Positions 23,780 to 37,328 of a stretch of 64,000 nt of DNA are shown here, piece after piece; the first letter of the stretch is position 1; each line of letters starts with the position of its first letter. Where the stretch lies: assembly GCF_006345805.1 (NCBI RefSeq), contig NC_043012.1, positions 11,656,001-11,720,000 on the forward strand, written 5' to 3'. A program made the translations under genes and the position numbers. The notes beneath the pieces were generated by a model. That model made no database searches. It was not told the DNA's origin and was given only the letters and a program-made list of their open reading frames with translations. This DNA is from Octopus sinensis (taxonomy: Eukaryota).

Positions 23780-23996
23780 TGCATACATATATATATACAG
23801 ACGCCATGATAGATCGTTAGCTCCTACACGCATTTTTTCTCTCCTTGTTTTTTTTCTGTGTATCTTTCTGTTGAAGAGCGTAGGCTCGAAACGTAAAAGA
23901 CTTTTTCTATTTCTATTCCTGAGCGCCATACTAATACATTTGTTTGTTTGTACTCCACCTGCCTTCGTCTTTTGTCTATTTTCGTAAACTTTCCGT

Positions 23997-24000
<4 letters not shown>
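23780..24000 (+). mobile_element. Variant-hammerhead repeat (copy 3, best preserved)
   Basis: 23863-23900 reads ucuuu CUGUUGA A GAGC guag GCUC GAAAC GUA aaaga. Confidence 0.75.
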
Positions 24001-24058
<58 letters not shown>

Positions 24059-24060
<2 letters not shown>

Positions 24061-24388
24061 GCATGGCTCAGTGGTTAGAGCGTCGAGCTTACGATCGTGA
24101 GGTTGTGAGTTAGAATCCCGGACCGGGCTGCGTGTTGTGTTCTTGAGCAAAACACTTTATTTCAAGTTGCTCCAGTTCACTCAGCTGTAGAAATGAGTTG
24201 CAACGTCACAGGTGCCAAGCTGTATCGGTCCCTTTGCCTTTCTCTTGGATAACATCGGTGACGTGGAGAGGGGAGGCCGGTATGCATGGGCGACTGCTGG
24301 TCTTCCATAAACAACCTTGCCCCCGGACTTATGCCTAGGAGCGTAACTTTCTATGTGCTATCCCATGGTCAGTCATGACCGAAGGGGC

Positions 24389-24390
<2 letters not shown>
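24059..24390 (+). mobile_element. SINE family B, near full length
   Basis: A-box tggctcagtggttag, B-box gagttagaatcccg, CORE-like gttcttgagcaaaacactt. Confidence 0.8.
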
Positions 24391-24423
<33 letters not shown>

Positions 24424-25031
24424 CGTGTGTTTATATATATGCAGACATCTACATATATGTGCGTGCATGTGTGTAGGCGGATATGTAGAACTCCTAATAC
24501 ACTCGTACATTAAAGTCATCTTTTTTCACTCTCCCTGTGACACGTACATATACGCACGTATATACATACCTACATGCATACTTACATACATTCATTCTCA
24601 CATACACAGTAGACACAAATCTAAATACACACACGTATTAAACAAACACACAACATCGTGATACATCAAAGTAGAGAAGTGGTTGTTTCCTCAGTTGTGC
24701 TATTAACGAGCTTGTTTTCTCCCTCCTCAACGTTTCACGAAGTTGCTCTATTTCTGACTTTATATATGCGTTCGGATCTAATTCTTATTCTGCGCACGCG
24801 CTCGTGTGTATACAGCCCATGTATACGTTCTAACATTTGAGTATATGCATTAAAATGGTTTGTTTACAAATGTTATGCTTTTTGTGTTTTAGTGTTAGCC
24901 TGTTAGCATGCTTGCATTTGTGTATTCGCATGTGCTGTGGGGCGGGGGAGAGAAAGGGAGAGGGAGAGGCATATATATATACATATATTAAGAGAGGGAG
25001 ATTTCGTAGTGTGTGTCTGTGTGTGTGTGTA

Positions 25032-25062
<31 letters not shown>

Positions 25063-25067
25063 CATAC

Positions 25068-25554
25068 TCTTTACTCTGCTTTTTTTACTCTTCTACATGT
25101 TTCAGTCGTTTGACTGTGGCCATGCTGGAGCACCACCTTTAGTCGAGCAAATCGACCCCCAGGACTTATTCTTTGTAAGCCTAGTACTTATTCTATCGGT
25201 CTCTTTGCCGAACCGCTAAATTACGGGGACGTAAACACACTAGCGTCGGTTGTTAAGCGATGTTGGGGGGGGGGGGCAAACACAAACACAAACATATACA
25301 CACATACATACATACATACGCACACACACAACACACACACACACACACACACCACACACACACACATATATATATATACATATACATAGATACGACGGGC
25401 TTCTTTCAGTTTCCGTCTCCAAATCCACTCACAAGGCTATGGTCGGCCCGAGGCTATAGCAGAAGACACTTGCCCAAGGTGCCACGCAGTGGGACTGTAC
25501 CCGGAACCATGTGGTTGGTTAGCAAGCTACTTACCACACAGCCACTCCTACGCC
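25068..25554 (-). mobile_element. SINE family A, full length
   Basis: Reverse complement of the 13930 copy, including head and tail. Confidence 0.9.
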
Positions 25555-25566
25555 TATATATATATA

Positions 25567-25614
<48 letters not shown>

Positions 25615-26065
25615 AGAGAGAAAGAAAAATATTTTATCGTGTGAATTTATGATATGTGTTTGCGTAAATGTATATGTAAGTGTTTGTTCGACTGAGTGTG
25701 CGCGTGTGCTTGTTTGTATATGCGCATACGTGCATACATTATATATCACTTTGTGCATTCGAGTACTTTCGTTTGTGATATGTGTGTGCTCAATGCGAGA
25801 CTGTATATATGGGTATGTGCGTGTATGTATAGATATCAAACATTGCTGAGTTAGCTGTGTCAGTATGGAAACGTGTCGGTTGGTATGTGGTCCGCCTTTG
25901 CTATGTACGATAATAATTCTGACAACCTCACGTTTCATTTAATTTCACCAACTTACCATACTTTGTATAACGCCATATGTTTTCCTTAACATCAGCCCCT
26001 CAACAATCCCATTTTAAACTTCAAGGAACCAAATTTTAAAGCTGCACGATTTGTTAAATTTCTAA

Positions 26066-26320
26066 GCTATGTCATTTAAACTATGATAATTAAATTATGT
26101 CATTTAAACTATGGTAATTGAATTATTCCATTTAAACTATGATACATAAGCTTTGCCATTGAAACTGTGACATTTAAGCTTGTTTAAACTACGTTAATTA
26201 GCCATGTCATTGAAATTCTGATATTTAAAACATGCCATTTAAATTATAATATTCAAGCTGTTATTTGAACTCTGATATTCTATCCATGCTGTTTGCGCTA
26301 CGCTATCTAAGTTGTGTCAG
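26066..26320. repeat. Degenerate ~28-bp minisatellite, about 9 units
   Basis: Recurring atg(t/c)catttaaactatga.att.aa motif. Confidence 0.7.
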
Positions 26321-26442
26321 TTAAGTTAGTCTGTTTCACCAAGGCTGTATTTATTGTTTAGTCACAACCCATCTCTGGTTGAGCTGAGCTATGATCAACA
26401 GTATTTCAGACATCATTTTATCATTCACTTCACTTCTTACAG

Positions 26443-26508
26443 ATGAAAATGATCATGTCCACAGGATTGATGGGATCACTTTGTGGGATACAAACTTTAT
26501 GCACCACC
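26443..26508 (+). CDS. Candidate 66-nt internal coding exon, unknown protein
   Basis: Acceptor ttcacttcacttcttacag, donor gtatgt, phase 1-1, open frame (D)ENDHVHRIDGITLWDTNFMHH. No homology recognised. Confidence 0.25.
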
Positions 26509-26859
26509 GTATGTCACAATCATAGAAAGTGAGACAACGACAACTCTTTGTCATGAACACTTTGCAATTAAGTATGTGAATTAAGGTTTGCTGTATAGAT
26601 TCTTTAAAGCCTTCCTTCCTTTCTAATTTTGGCCAGAATTGAGCACATATTTTGTATATTTTAAACTACTTCTGAAGAGATTCGACTTTTAAATAATTTT
26701 TAATTTTATTAATTAATTTTTTGAAGGTCTGGAACCGAAACAGCTGTAAGGAATGTCTGTCATTCTTTTAATTAATATATAATAATTTAATTACCCATGT
26801 ATTTTCTTATATATACATACATACAGGCATACATACATACATACACGCACACACACACA

Positions 26860-26907
<48 letters not shown>

Positions 26908-26915
26908 TTAGAGAG

Positions 26916-27481
26916 AGAGATACCAAATGGCTCTAAAAGCCATATCTAAACTCCGTTAGCACAACTTGCAAATGGGCAGACGAAAAGTGAATAAGATTTT
27001 TGTAAAATAAAGATGCTTTCTGGCTTTCATAGGTACACTATGCCAAAAGTATATAAATGCAAATATTTATAGATACCCATACGAATAACATATATCCGCA
27101 CAATCATACACATACATTTACATGTATACACTAGTTAAATCTAATTTTTCATTTCAACCACGATACTATCAAAATAGTATCGCAGCGAATGCAATTTGAT
27201 CAGGAGCAAATATATATATTTTATACAAAATTAAGGATAAAACCATTTTAATGATTTTATCAAGTGGCCAGCGTGAAATAAAAACCATACAGGTAACAAT
27301 TTATACTCATTTATAATTATATAATATAATTATATCAAAGGGTGCGGATAATCTCCACCATTATGCTAGAAAGAGACGCCAAATGGCTCTAAAACCCACA
27401 TCTACACTCCGTTAGTACAGGTTGTAATCGGGCAGATGAAAAAATGAATATGATTTAACTAGTGTATACATGTGCGGATAC
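26916..27481. repeat. Nested direct and inverted repeat (MITE-like)
   Basis: 26916-27000 is repeated directly at 27373-27460; 27092-27155 is inverted relative to 27440-27481. Confidence 0.6.
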
Positions 27482-28570
27482 AAGCCTTTGTCAGAAATCG
27501 ATCTTAACTACTCAATTCCAGAATGCAATACTTAAAATAAATTTATAGTGAGTTTCGTCAGGCATATAATTTATTGCAGCCGACAGTTTCAATACATCAT
27601 ACACTTGCCGAAACTTGGGAGACTTCGAAGACCTTGCCAACTTTTTCATTGTGCATGTAAGTAGTGTGTATATGTGTGTGTATGTATATATTGCATATGA
27701 AAATGTGTATACATATGTATTTCATACTACACTTATATGTATATGTGTGTGTGTGTGTGTGTTTGTGTTTGTGTGTGTGTATGTGTGTGTGTGTGTGTGC
27801 GTGTTACTGTGGTAAATGTTTTTCAGGAAAGTTTTTGTAGGTATTTCTCGCAACAAGTGTGGCTCCGTAGAGAACGCCATCATAGACTTGTTTTTACTGA
27901 TTTAATATTTTTTTTTGTTTTAATTCGTTGGTGGGGGCCGGGGGTCGGCGGAATTTTTGCATATTTTTCCGTCTCATAGAACATTTTGAATCCTCTATTT
28001 AATATGATATATATTCGTTAGAACATAGGGAAACAATTGCATGATATCTTGGAATGATTTTTGTGTTTTTCTTTGTTTTGGCTTTATGTTTCTACTTTCA
28101 CTTGACTGCTTAACCAAGTCAGTGTAAAGATGGGCCGGGTAGGTTGGGTGGCTGGCGATGCTTATAAACAACTTGAAGCTGATGCTAAAAGGTGATCTAT
28201 CGTTAGAACTCCACCATGTATGAAGTGTGCGTGTGTTTATATGTATATTTATGTATGTATGTGTTTATACATCTACTACATAGCCTACATGTGTGTGTAT
28301 GTATGTAAGTAGGTATATATATGTATACATATATATATTTATATATATATATATATATATATGCATATATACATATATATATGTATATATATATATATAT
28401 GTATAGATATATGTGTGTGTATATTTATATATATGCTTATATATCTACTACATATATGTTTGTATGTATATATATTGACAATATACATATATATGTATAT
28501 ATAGATGTGTGTATATATATGTATGTATGTATATATATGTATGTGTGTATAAATGTAAATATATGTATAA

Positions 28571-28629
<59 letters not shown>

Positions 28630-28728
28630 TATATGGATCCAAAGTGGCATAAAGGAATTTGGCAAACGAAGATTATATTAAGGAAATAATTACATCACCT
28701 ATTTCTAGTGAGGTGATTGCACCAAGAA

Positions 28729-28793
<65 letters not shown>

Positions 28794-29045
28794 TCCGGTA
28801 CACAAACCGTAAATATTCTTTTTTTTCAGCACTTACCATTATTAAAGCAAGTTTGTTTCATCTTGAAAAAAATCTTATCTTCCCCACCACCACCACCACC
28901 ACCACCACCACCACCATCGCTACTGCCACCGCCGTCGCCATGATCCCTATAACTAACACTGCCATCACCACCAACATCATCATCGTCGTCGTCGGCGTCG
29001 CGTCTTCGTTTCATTTGATGAAAAATTCTTCCATGTTTTGCTTAC

Positions 29046-29113
29046 CTATAGCAGCGTTGATAGTTCATTGTATTCGAGCAGGTCTTGCTATTGGAGTCCT
29101 GTATGTTGATGAA
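29046..29113 (-). CDS. Candidate 68-nt exon, unknown protein
   Basis: Acceptor gtatttcagtctctag, donor gtaagc, open frame FINIQDSNSKTCSNTMNYQRCY. Confidence 0.15.
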
Positions 29114-29214
29114 CTAGAGACTGAAATACGGCTGTTATCTTTTCATTTCCCAATTTGACATCGATTTCAGTGTCTATACCGTGGCACAGAAGACATTGCG
29201 AAGGTATATGAAGG

Positions 29215-29448
29215 CGGCGAGCTAGCAGAATCGTTAGCACGTCGGGCGAAATGCTTAGCGGTATTTCGTCTGCCGTTACGTTGTGAGTTTAAATTCCGCC
29301 GAGGTCGACTTTACCTTTCATCTTTCGGGGTCGATAAATTAAGTACCAGTTAAGCACTGGGGTCGATATAATCGACTTAATACCTATGTCTGTCCATGTT
29401 TGTCCCCTCTATGTTCAGCCCCTTGTGGGTAATAAAGAAATAGGTATA
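29215..29448 (+). mobile_element. Deu/Nin-type SINE monomer
   Basis: Full unit ending aagaaataggtat. Confidence 0.9.
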
Positions 29449-29886
29449 TGAAGCGACTCAAGTCTGCGACTAACAGGACGGTGTTCCATGTTCTTTCGTC
29501 AACAATCTCTTTCCTCAGGATTCTTCGTATTTGTTCTTTGTCCAGGATTTTCCTATGCTAATGCTAATTCTCTCAGACGCAAGTTAGCTCTGATAGACTA
29601 AATAAGCATAAAGGATCGATGTGATCGACTGAAACGTCTGAGACCCGGTATGGCCGCCGTTTGATGACTGGAAAGAGTAAATGAAGTTCAAAAGAGTATA
29701 AAACAGAAGTTCTCTGGGTCTCATTCCAATACATCTCTAGTCACTCGTAAACGATAAAAAAGCAACGAGTACCAGATGCTATTCTCGCGATAGCTCTGGC
29801 ACCGATAAAAGAAATTCCTACCTGATATTGACGTGCGTATGTGTGCATGCACACAGAGCATATGTGTGGTGTATATATATATATGC

Positions 29887-29932
<46 letters not shown>

Positions 29933-29945
29933 ATATATATGTATA

Positions 29946-29992
<47 letters not shown>

Positions 29993-30094
29993 TACACACG
30001 TACATATATTTATGTATAAATACGCACATGCATACATACACACACATACGTACATACATACATACATGCATACATATACACACACATACCCACA

Positions 30095-30134
<40 letters not shown>

Positions 30135-30248
30135 CACACTCAAAACCGGAAGACTGTCGGTTTTCTTTCTTAACTTTTCTTTTTAAAGTTTAACATATAT
30201 CAGAATCAAGCAACAACATGAAATAAACTTCTGTTCTAAAATTCCGTT

Positions 30249-30294
<46 letters not shown>

Positions 30295-30825
30295 ATTTAT
30301 TTCTTCATTTTTAAAATCTTATTTGGCTGCGTTTGTCTGTCTTACTACAGAAAATTTCCTGCATTGAAAGATTTATTGGATTCTGTTCATATTCAATGTA
30401 GAAATGCATTAGTATACACACTACATAAATATACAACACACACATACACATACATGCTTACACAGACATACATTTATACATATATACATACATAATGCAC
30501 ATAGAAACATGCACGCACACACATATGTATCCCATATCTATATATATATGCGTATATGTATGCATATACACACATTATATATATATGTTTGTAAATTTGT
30601 TTGCATGCGTGTATGACTGTGTAAGTATGTGTAAATGCCTCCGTGCTTATATACCCTGTATACACACTGTATAAGCTGATGATGTAAACACTTTAATGGC
30701 GGTTAAATTAAAACATCTCAACAGAGAAACAAACAGAGAGTAACTTATCTGGACTAGTTTTTTTTTGTATATTTATTGCAGCGACCAAAATGCATAAATA
30801 TGTATATTCATACATGCATACACAT

Positions 30826-30902
<77 letters not shown>

Positions 30903-30993
30903 TACATGTTTCTGTGTGTATTTGTGTCTTTGCATCTGTGCGTTTTCGTATGTATAACTACTAAGTATATGTGCATACACACAGAGGCATTTG

Positions 30994-31028
<35 letters not shown>

Positions 31029-31073
31029 ATATTATATATATATATATATATACATATATATATACATATACAT

Positions 31074-31135
<62 letters not shown>

Positions 31136-31273
31136 CATATATGTATATATATATACATAGATACACATACATACATATATATACATAAATATCTAAATAT
31201 ACATATGTATCAAAATATATATGTATATATATATATATACATATATATCTAAATATATATGTATATATATATG

Positions 31274-31321
<48 letters not shown>

Positions 31322-31452
31322 TATACACCATACTTAAATTACGCATTCATATATTATTTTTATATCTAGGTCGTTGCAAAAACAGTTTAGATAAGTTGTT
31401 ACAAACAGAAAGTAATCATATATATGTACACACACACATGTAAAAATACAGA

Positions 31453-31498
<46 letters not shown>

Positions 31499-32112
31499 TC
31501 ACTGTATATCATTGAAGCTTAAGTGAGTTGAGTTACGAGAGCACTATAAATAAACTCTCTCTTAAATACTGTTATCTAATTGAGTGTTTGGGGAGGCTAA
31601 GTGGGACGAAGTAAGGGAATGACAGAAGGAAAGAAAGAAAGAAAGAAGAAAGAAAGAAGGAAAGAAAGAAAGAAGGAAAGAAAGAAAGAAAGGAAGGAAG
31701 AAAGACATTGAGAAAAGAAAAGAACTAGCGAAAAAATTCGACGCTGATAGAATGAGATAGGAAAAAAATAGAAAGAAAAAGCGTAAAAAGTAATGGATGA
31801 ATGAAAGAAAGAATGAAATGAAATGAATAATTAAAGGAAGGAAAGAAAACTCAAGGAAGATTTTAGAGAAAGAAAGTTTGATTGAAAAAGAGAAGAAACA
31901 AAACAGGTCCAAGCCAGAGATGGGGAAACGAGATATAATTTTTCAATTTATTTGGTGGTTAGTCGAACAAAGAGAGATATTGTTAGTATTTAAATACATC
32001 GGAAAATAAATACACGGTTTATTAGGCGGTGGTCGTTGATCTTAGATAATTATAGAAATAAAATAAACTAGTGTTTGCGACATCCCAAGGTTGTCGTTAT
32101 TTCTCTCTATCA

Positions 32113-32625
32113 AGGCGGCGAGCTGGCAGAAACGTTAGCACGCTGGGCGAAATGCTTAGCTGTATTTCGTCTGTCGTTACGTTCTGAGTTCAAATTCCGC
32201 CGGGGTCGACTTTGCCTTTCATCCTCTCGGGGTCGATAAATAAAGTACCAGTTACGCACTGGGATCGATGTAATCGACTTAATACCTATGTCTGTCCTTG
32301 TTTGTCCCCTCTGTGTTTAGCCCCTTGTGGGTAATAAAGAAATAGGTATCTCGTCTGCCGTTACGTTCTGAGTTCAAATCCCACCGAGGTCGACTTTGCC
32401 TTTCATCCTTTCGGGGTCGATTAAATAAGTACCAGATACGCACTGGGGTCGATGCAATCGACTTAATCCATTTGTCTGTCCTTGTTTAGCCCCTCTGTGT
32501 TTAGCCCCTTGCGGGTAGTTAAAGAAATAGGTATTTCGTCTGTCACTACGTTCATCCATTCAGGGTTGATAAATCAAGTACCAGTTGCGTACTGCCCCAA
32601 ATTTCAGGCCTTGTGTCTATAATAG
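32113..32625 (+). mobile_element. Deu/Nin-type SINE multimer (two units plus a partial third)
   Basis: Re-entry at GGTAT at 32345 and 32530. Confidence 0.9.
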
Positions 32626-32859
32626 AAAAGATTATTTCTCTCATTCAATTTCAAGAGTTTTAGACATTGTCGCCGTTGTCGTCGATGTTGATATCTCAGT
32701 CAGGTTTTTGATTCTTCAATTTTTCTTTGCTTTTTTTTTCCACGAAATATTTTAACTGAGGAAGGTCTTGCGTAATGGACGCGTTTCCTATTATGTAGTT
32801 TGTTATATTTGACTCGAGTCAAATAAAGTTCTGCAGATTTCTAAGCGCAAATGCGTTTC

Positions 32860-33230
32860 TATTTCGATGTTCTTTGTCTTAAATCATTCGTTACACACCC
32901 TGCGACCTCTTCAACAACTCTCCATCCCATGTTCTCCTCCTGTTCTATTTTATCCATTCTCTGGGAATTTCTTTTATTATCGGCTTCTTTCCACCTTTTC
33001 GTCAGTAGTCTTAGCTCTTTACTCAATTTTGCATTCATGAGTCTTCACGCCACCTTCGCTCCCGAATACTCTTCCACAGACGTTACATATCCTTCTGATT
33101 TCACCCTACTGTCTTTCAGTGTCCCGTCTCGTAATCCGAAAACTCCTACCAAACACGTAATCCATGTGTTGCGACCTATCTGGCACATTATCCTCCCCTA
33201 CACTGCGCTCTGCCTGGGGGTTTCATATAC
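32860..33230 (-). mobile_element. Highly decayed RTE-type LINE 3' fragment
   Basis: Mosaic minus frames (TLKDSRVKSE, ICNVCGR, WRVVEE) resemble the RTE C-terminus. Confidence 0.35.
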
Positions 33231-33974
33231 AATACAACACAAAGACTTGCTTTATTTAAATTATCTCCGCTCTCAAATAGCAATTAAAAAGACCAGCCGC
33301 ATTTGATTCTCCATAATTAGCACGCCATTAAAGAAAAGGATTATTGTCTGGATATAAACGAACAGTTGCAGCCACTTGTTTCTGCTTCAATAACCGTCAT
33401 CAGTGACAGTTGTCCGACCTAATCTCTTGTAGCCAAAGAACTCAGACTCATATAGAAAAGAGTAGAAAGCACTAATGGCAATAAGTAATCTGTAAAAAAA
33501 ACCTCATTTTTGTTAAATGAATAAATAATTCAACATTCTTGTATCCGAAAGCTGATGAACCAACTAAATTGTTTCTCCATTTTCTTATTTGTATTATATA
33601 TAGAGATTATGAGAGGTAATGGTGTCATTGAGACCCAAAGGTGTCACGTAATGCTGAATAAGTGCTATAGATGGACCGCAGTTACGTTCCAGGTTCGGTG
33701 ATTATGCGAATAAGGGATTCAAAGTTGGTCATATGTCAGCATGTGTATATATAAATTTTATTTCGCTGTGTACATATCCCTTCATCGGAGACGGTGTGAG
33801 AAGATGGTTAAGAAATAGTTAATTTAGATATGATATAAAATAGGGAGTGAGGTGGAGGAAATAAAAGAAAATAGATATGAGGTGTGTGTGTGGTTTTTGG
33901 AACGTAAAATCCGCGATAGTCGAGGGATTACCGTATATATTCATTTATTTGCTTCAAATTTTGAAACAAGGCTA

Positions 33975-34150
33975 GCAATTTCGGGGAAGGAGATAAGTCG
34001 ATTACTCAAATGGTACATAATTTATCGACCCCAAAATGATGAAAGGCAAAACCGACATCGGCGGAGCTTGAACTCAGAACCTAAGACAGATGAAATGCTT
34101 CTAAGCATTTTACCCGGAGTGCTAACGATTCTACCAGCTCACTGCCTTAA
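33975..34150 (-). mobile_element. Diverged Deu/Nin-type SINE
   Basis: atcgaccccaaaatgatgaaaggcaaa...gaactcagaac. Confidence 0.7.
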
Positions 34151-35157
34151 ATGTATTCCTTTATTAATTTTCTCAAAATCAAAGTCCAGATTTACACAGT
34201 TTCACTGATAAAAGTATAAAAGTGCCATAAAAGTTGTAGATAGCAGCGTAAAGTAGAACACGGTAAAATCAAGATACAGACACAGTTTCCTCTCGCATTT
34301 AGCATCGATAAGGCAAAAAACAGATGTACTTATATAATTCCATATAAGAATATATTTTAAGATTTTCTGTAAACTAATTTTGGGATCATAACCTTTAGAG
34401 GAAAGATTCTAATCTGACAACTGAAGGGTCGTGATTTCCACGTAGTCAGCTCTGTTTTTATCTGTTTCTTTTTCTATGTTTTTTTTTCTTCTCTACCAGG
34501 CATGTTACCTTAAGGATATTTTTGAGATATCGGTATTACCAGATATCCGGAATCAATAATCTAGAGCTGTAAATATGGCAACAAGTTTACGAGAAAAATT
34601 TCGTATCAAATCATTCAACCGGCACCAACTGGTGTCAGCTGGTTTATTTAAGTCTGTTTTTCCATAAAAGTATTCTCAGTTGAGATGGACTAAGTATTAA
34701 TGACCTAGCTAGAGAAAGGCGGGTCGGAGCAGGAAAATCAATTACTGGGGGGTTCGTCAGTGGACAGAATATTTAACAATATCGATATAAGCAAATAAAA
34801 AAAAACAATTGTTACTGTTTAACCCCAGCCATAGTCGAAATGTGCTATGATCATATTCCAGTCATTCTTTTATTTCTATACGTACTAAATTTAGGACTAC
34901 AGTAATTGATGTACCCTGGTTATTTTGTTATTTTAGAGGAGATTTCGTAGCTATTTCTTGCAGATCAAACAACGGTAAGACTGTAATATGAATAGTTACT
35001 AAAATTGGTAAATCCTTTCTTCTACCTAAGAATATCTTTTGGAAAATATGAAATGAAAGAAGTGTAAGGGGTCAACAATTTTGTAAGTAGAAAATGAAGA
35101 ATTCTAAAACACCGATTCATATGCACCGATGCGGACGAATGATGGTTGGAACCGGCA

Positions 35158-35158
35158 A

Positions 35159-35201
<43 letters not shown>

Positions 35202-35430
35202 GTAATAATAATAATAATAACAGTAATAATAACAGTAATAATAATAATAATAATAACAATAATAATAATAATAATAATAGTAATAATAATAATAACAGTA
35301 ATAATAATAATAACAGTAATAATAATAATAATAGTAATAATAATAATAATAGTAATAATAATAATAATAATAACAATAATAATAATAATAATAACAATAA
35401 TAATAACAACAACAACAACAATAATAATAC

Positions 35431-35462
<32 letters not shown>

Positions 35463-35480
35463 ACAACAACAATAATAATT
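35158..35480. repeat. Long (AAT)n/(AAC)n/(AAG)n compound microsatellite
   Basis: Directly visible; source of the poly-N, poly-I and poly-L ORFs. Confidence 0.95.
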
Positions 35481-35639
35481 ATCCTTTCTACTATGAGCAC
35501 AAAGCACAAAGCACGAAATTTTTTACGGGGTGGGGTGGGGGGACTACTCGATTACATCGACCACAGTGCATTCTAAGGGACCCTATAGATCCCGACTCAC
35601 TCTGATAAAACCAGGTGGACCATGGTAAGCGTTCTTCTC

Positions 35640-36070
35640 TCCCTCTGTAAATTCCAGCCTACACGCACATGCTTAGAGTAGGTTCATTTATTCGGGCCAT
35701 CTTCGGTACATTTACCCACATTTCAACAATTTTTACTGAGAGACACTTCCCTCTTCATCTTCACTTTCCTTTCCAGGTGGAACCTGAAAAGCCGAAAAGG
35801 AAAGTACCTGTCTCCAGCCCTTTCAATCCCGACTACCACATGACCACTTTTGCTATAGCCACCAAAGTGTGGCTATGGCAAAAGAGGCTGTTTTGTGGAC
35901 GAGGCTGTGACCTATCCTTTCCGGCCAGTCTTTTATCATGCCTCTTACCAGATGCTTACCAGATGCTTACCAGATGTCCACTCCACCTCAAACGACTTTG
36001 CAGAATGATCGATTCTACAGTTCTACTACAACTCTCAAGTAACTCTACATCACTGAACACCATTCTCTAG
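35640..36070 (-). mobile_element. Decayed RTE LINE 3' fragment
   Basis: Shares cagaatgatcgattctaca.ttct with the RTE fragment at 44080-44765. Confidence 0.5.
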
Positions 36071-36089
36071 TTTATTCCAAGAATTTTCC

Positions 36090-36480
36090 GAAGACGGTGT
36101 TGATGGAAACCCCACTTCCACGGAGCAATGCCCGCAAGTTGGCAGGGCGTTTGTCACAACGGAGCCGGCTGATAGCCGGTCTCGTCATTCACATGGAGAA
36201 AGGTGTTCCACATACATAACTAACTCCACATGTTGGCAATGCTCGGGCACTGTACGAGAGCATGTAGAACTGTTTCGTCGTTCTGCGCGTATTCGGACAG
36301 GTCCAGCTGACAGCACCACACTGCTTATACAGTTTATCTCGAACCGACAATGCATCCGGTAGTACTACTAGGTCAAGGGCATCTGGAAGTTATCCATGGT
36401 CCCTGGCCTTTGGGTCCTCTGGAACGGAACAGCAAGGTGATTTACGTCAACGACCAGAGTCTCCCCAAGAACATTTTCGC
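36090..36480 (-). mobile_element. Tx1/L1-clade LINE fragment (zf-RVT region)
   Basis: Minus frames give ALSVRDKLYKQCGAVSWTCP then, after a shift, QNDETVLHALVQCPSIANMWS (CCHC pattern). Confidence 0.6.
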
Positions 36481-36752
36481 GTAAGAGATGAAATAATATT
36501 TTTATCTATTGCGCAATTAACTGAAACGCGCATATTAAATGCATTCAAAATAATCTTACTTGACTTGACTATACGTACAGCCGGCCATTTCTTTTCCTTC
36601 TTTGGACCTTTTCCCTTTCTCCTTTCCGACGAACGGCTTTGCTCGAAACGTCAAACGCTATCCTTTCACCGTGCCTTCAGCTAAAACATTTCTTGTACAC
36701 GTCTTCATGTTGTCTGTTTTTATTTGTTTATTTGAATTGACTGTACGTGTGT

Positions 36753-37159
36753 ACTCTCTTTTACTCTTTTACCTGTTTCAGTCATCTGACTGCGGCCATG
36801 CTGGAGCACCGCCTTTAGTCGAACAAATCGACCCCAGGACTTATTCTTTGTAAGCCTAGTACTCATTCTATCGATCTCTTTTGCCGAACCGCTAGGTTAC
36901 AGGGACGTAAACACACCAGCATCGGTTGTCAAGCGATGTTGGGGGACAAACAAAGACACACAAACTTGTACACACACATACATACATAGATACATATATA
37001 CGACGGGCTTCTTTCAGTTTCCGCCTACCAAATCCACTCACAAGGCCTTGGTCGGCCCGAGACTATAGTAGAAGACACTTGGCCAAGGTGCTACACAGTG
37101 GGAGTGAACCCGGAACCATGTGGTTGGTAAGCAAGCTAATTACCAAACAGCCACTCCTA
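36753..37159 (-). mobile_element. SINE family A
   Basis: Reverse complement of the family A consensus. Confidence 0.9.
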
Positions 37160-37190
37160 GTTCAATCAAATTCCAACGTAGTTTGATTTT

Positions 37191-37264
<74 letters not shown>

Positions 37265-37328
37265 TAGCTGAAGGTGACCCGCTCTACGCGCGGGTAAGAG
37301 TGTGGTTGTTACTTTCTGTTGCTTCCTT

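Noticed and set aside
26066-26320. CRISPR-like array (also considered for 38351-38505)
   Set aside because: The units are contiguous with no unique spacers, there are no cas genes, and the context is eukaryotic; these are minisatellites.
34500-34665. Very strong acceptor followed by ORF MATSLREKFRIKSFNRHQLVSAG
   Set aside because: No convincing donor, stops in all frames from the acceptor, and no recognisable homology.
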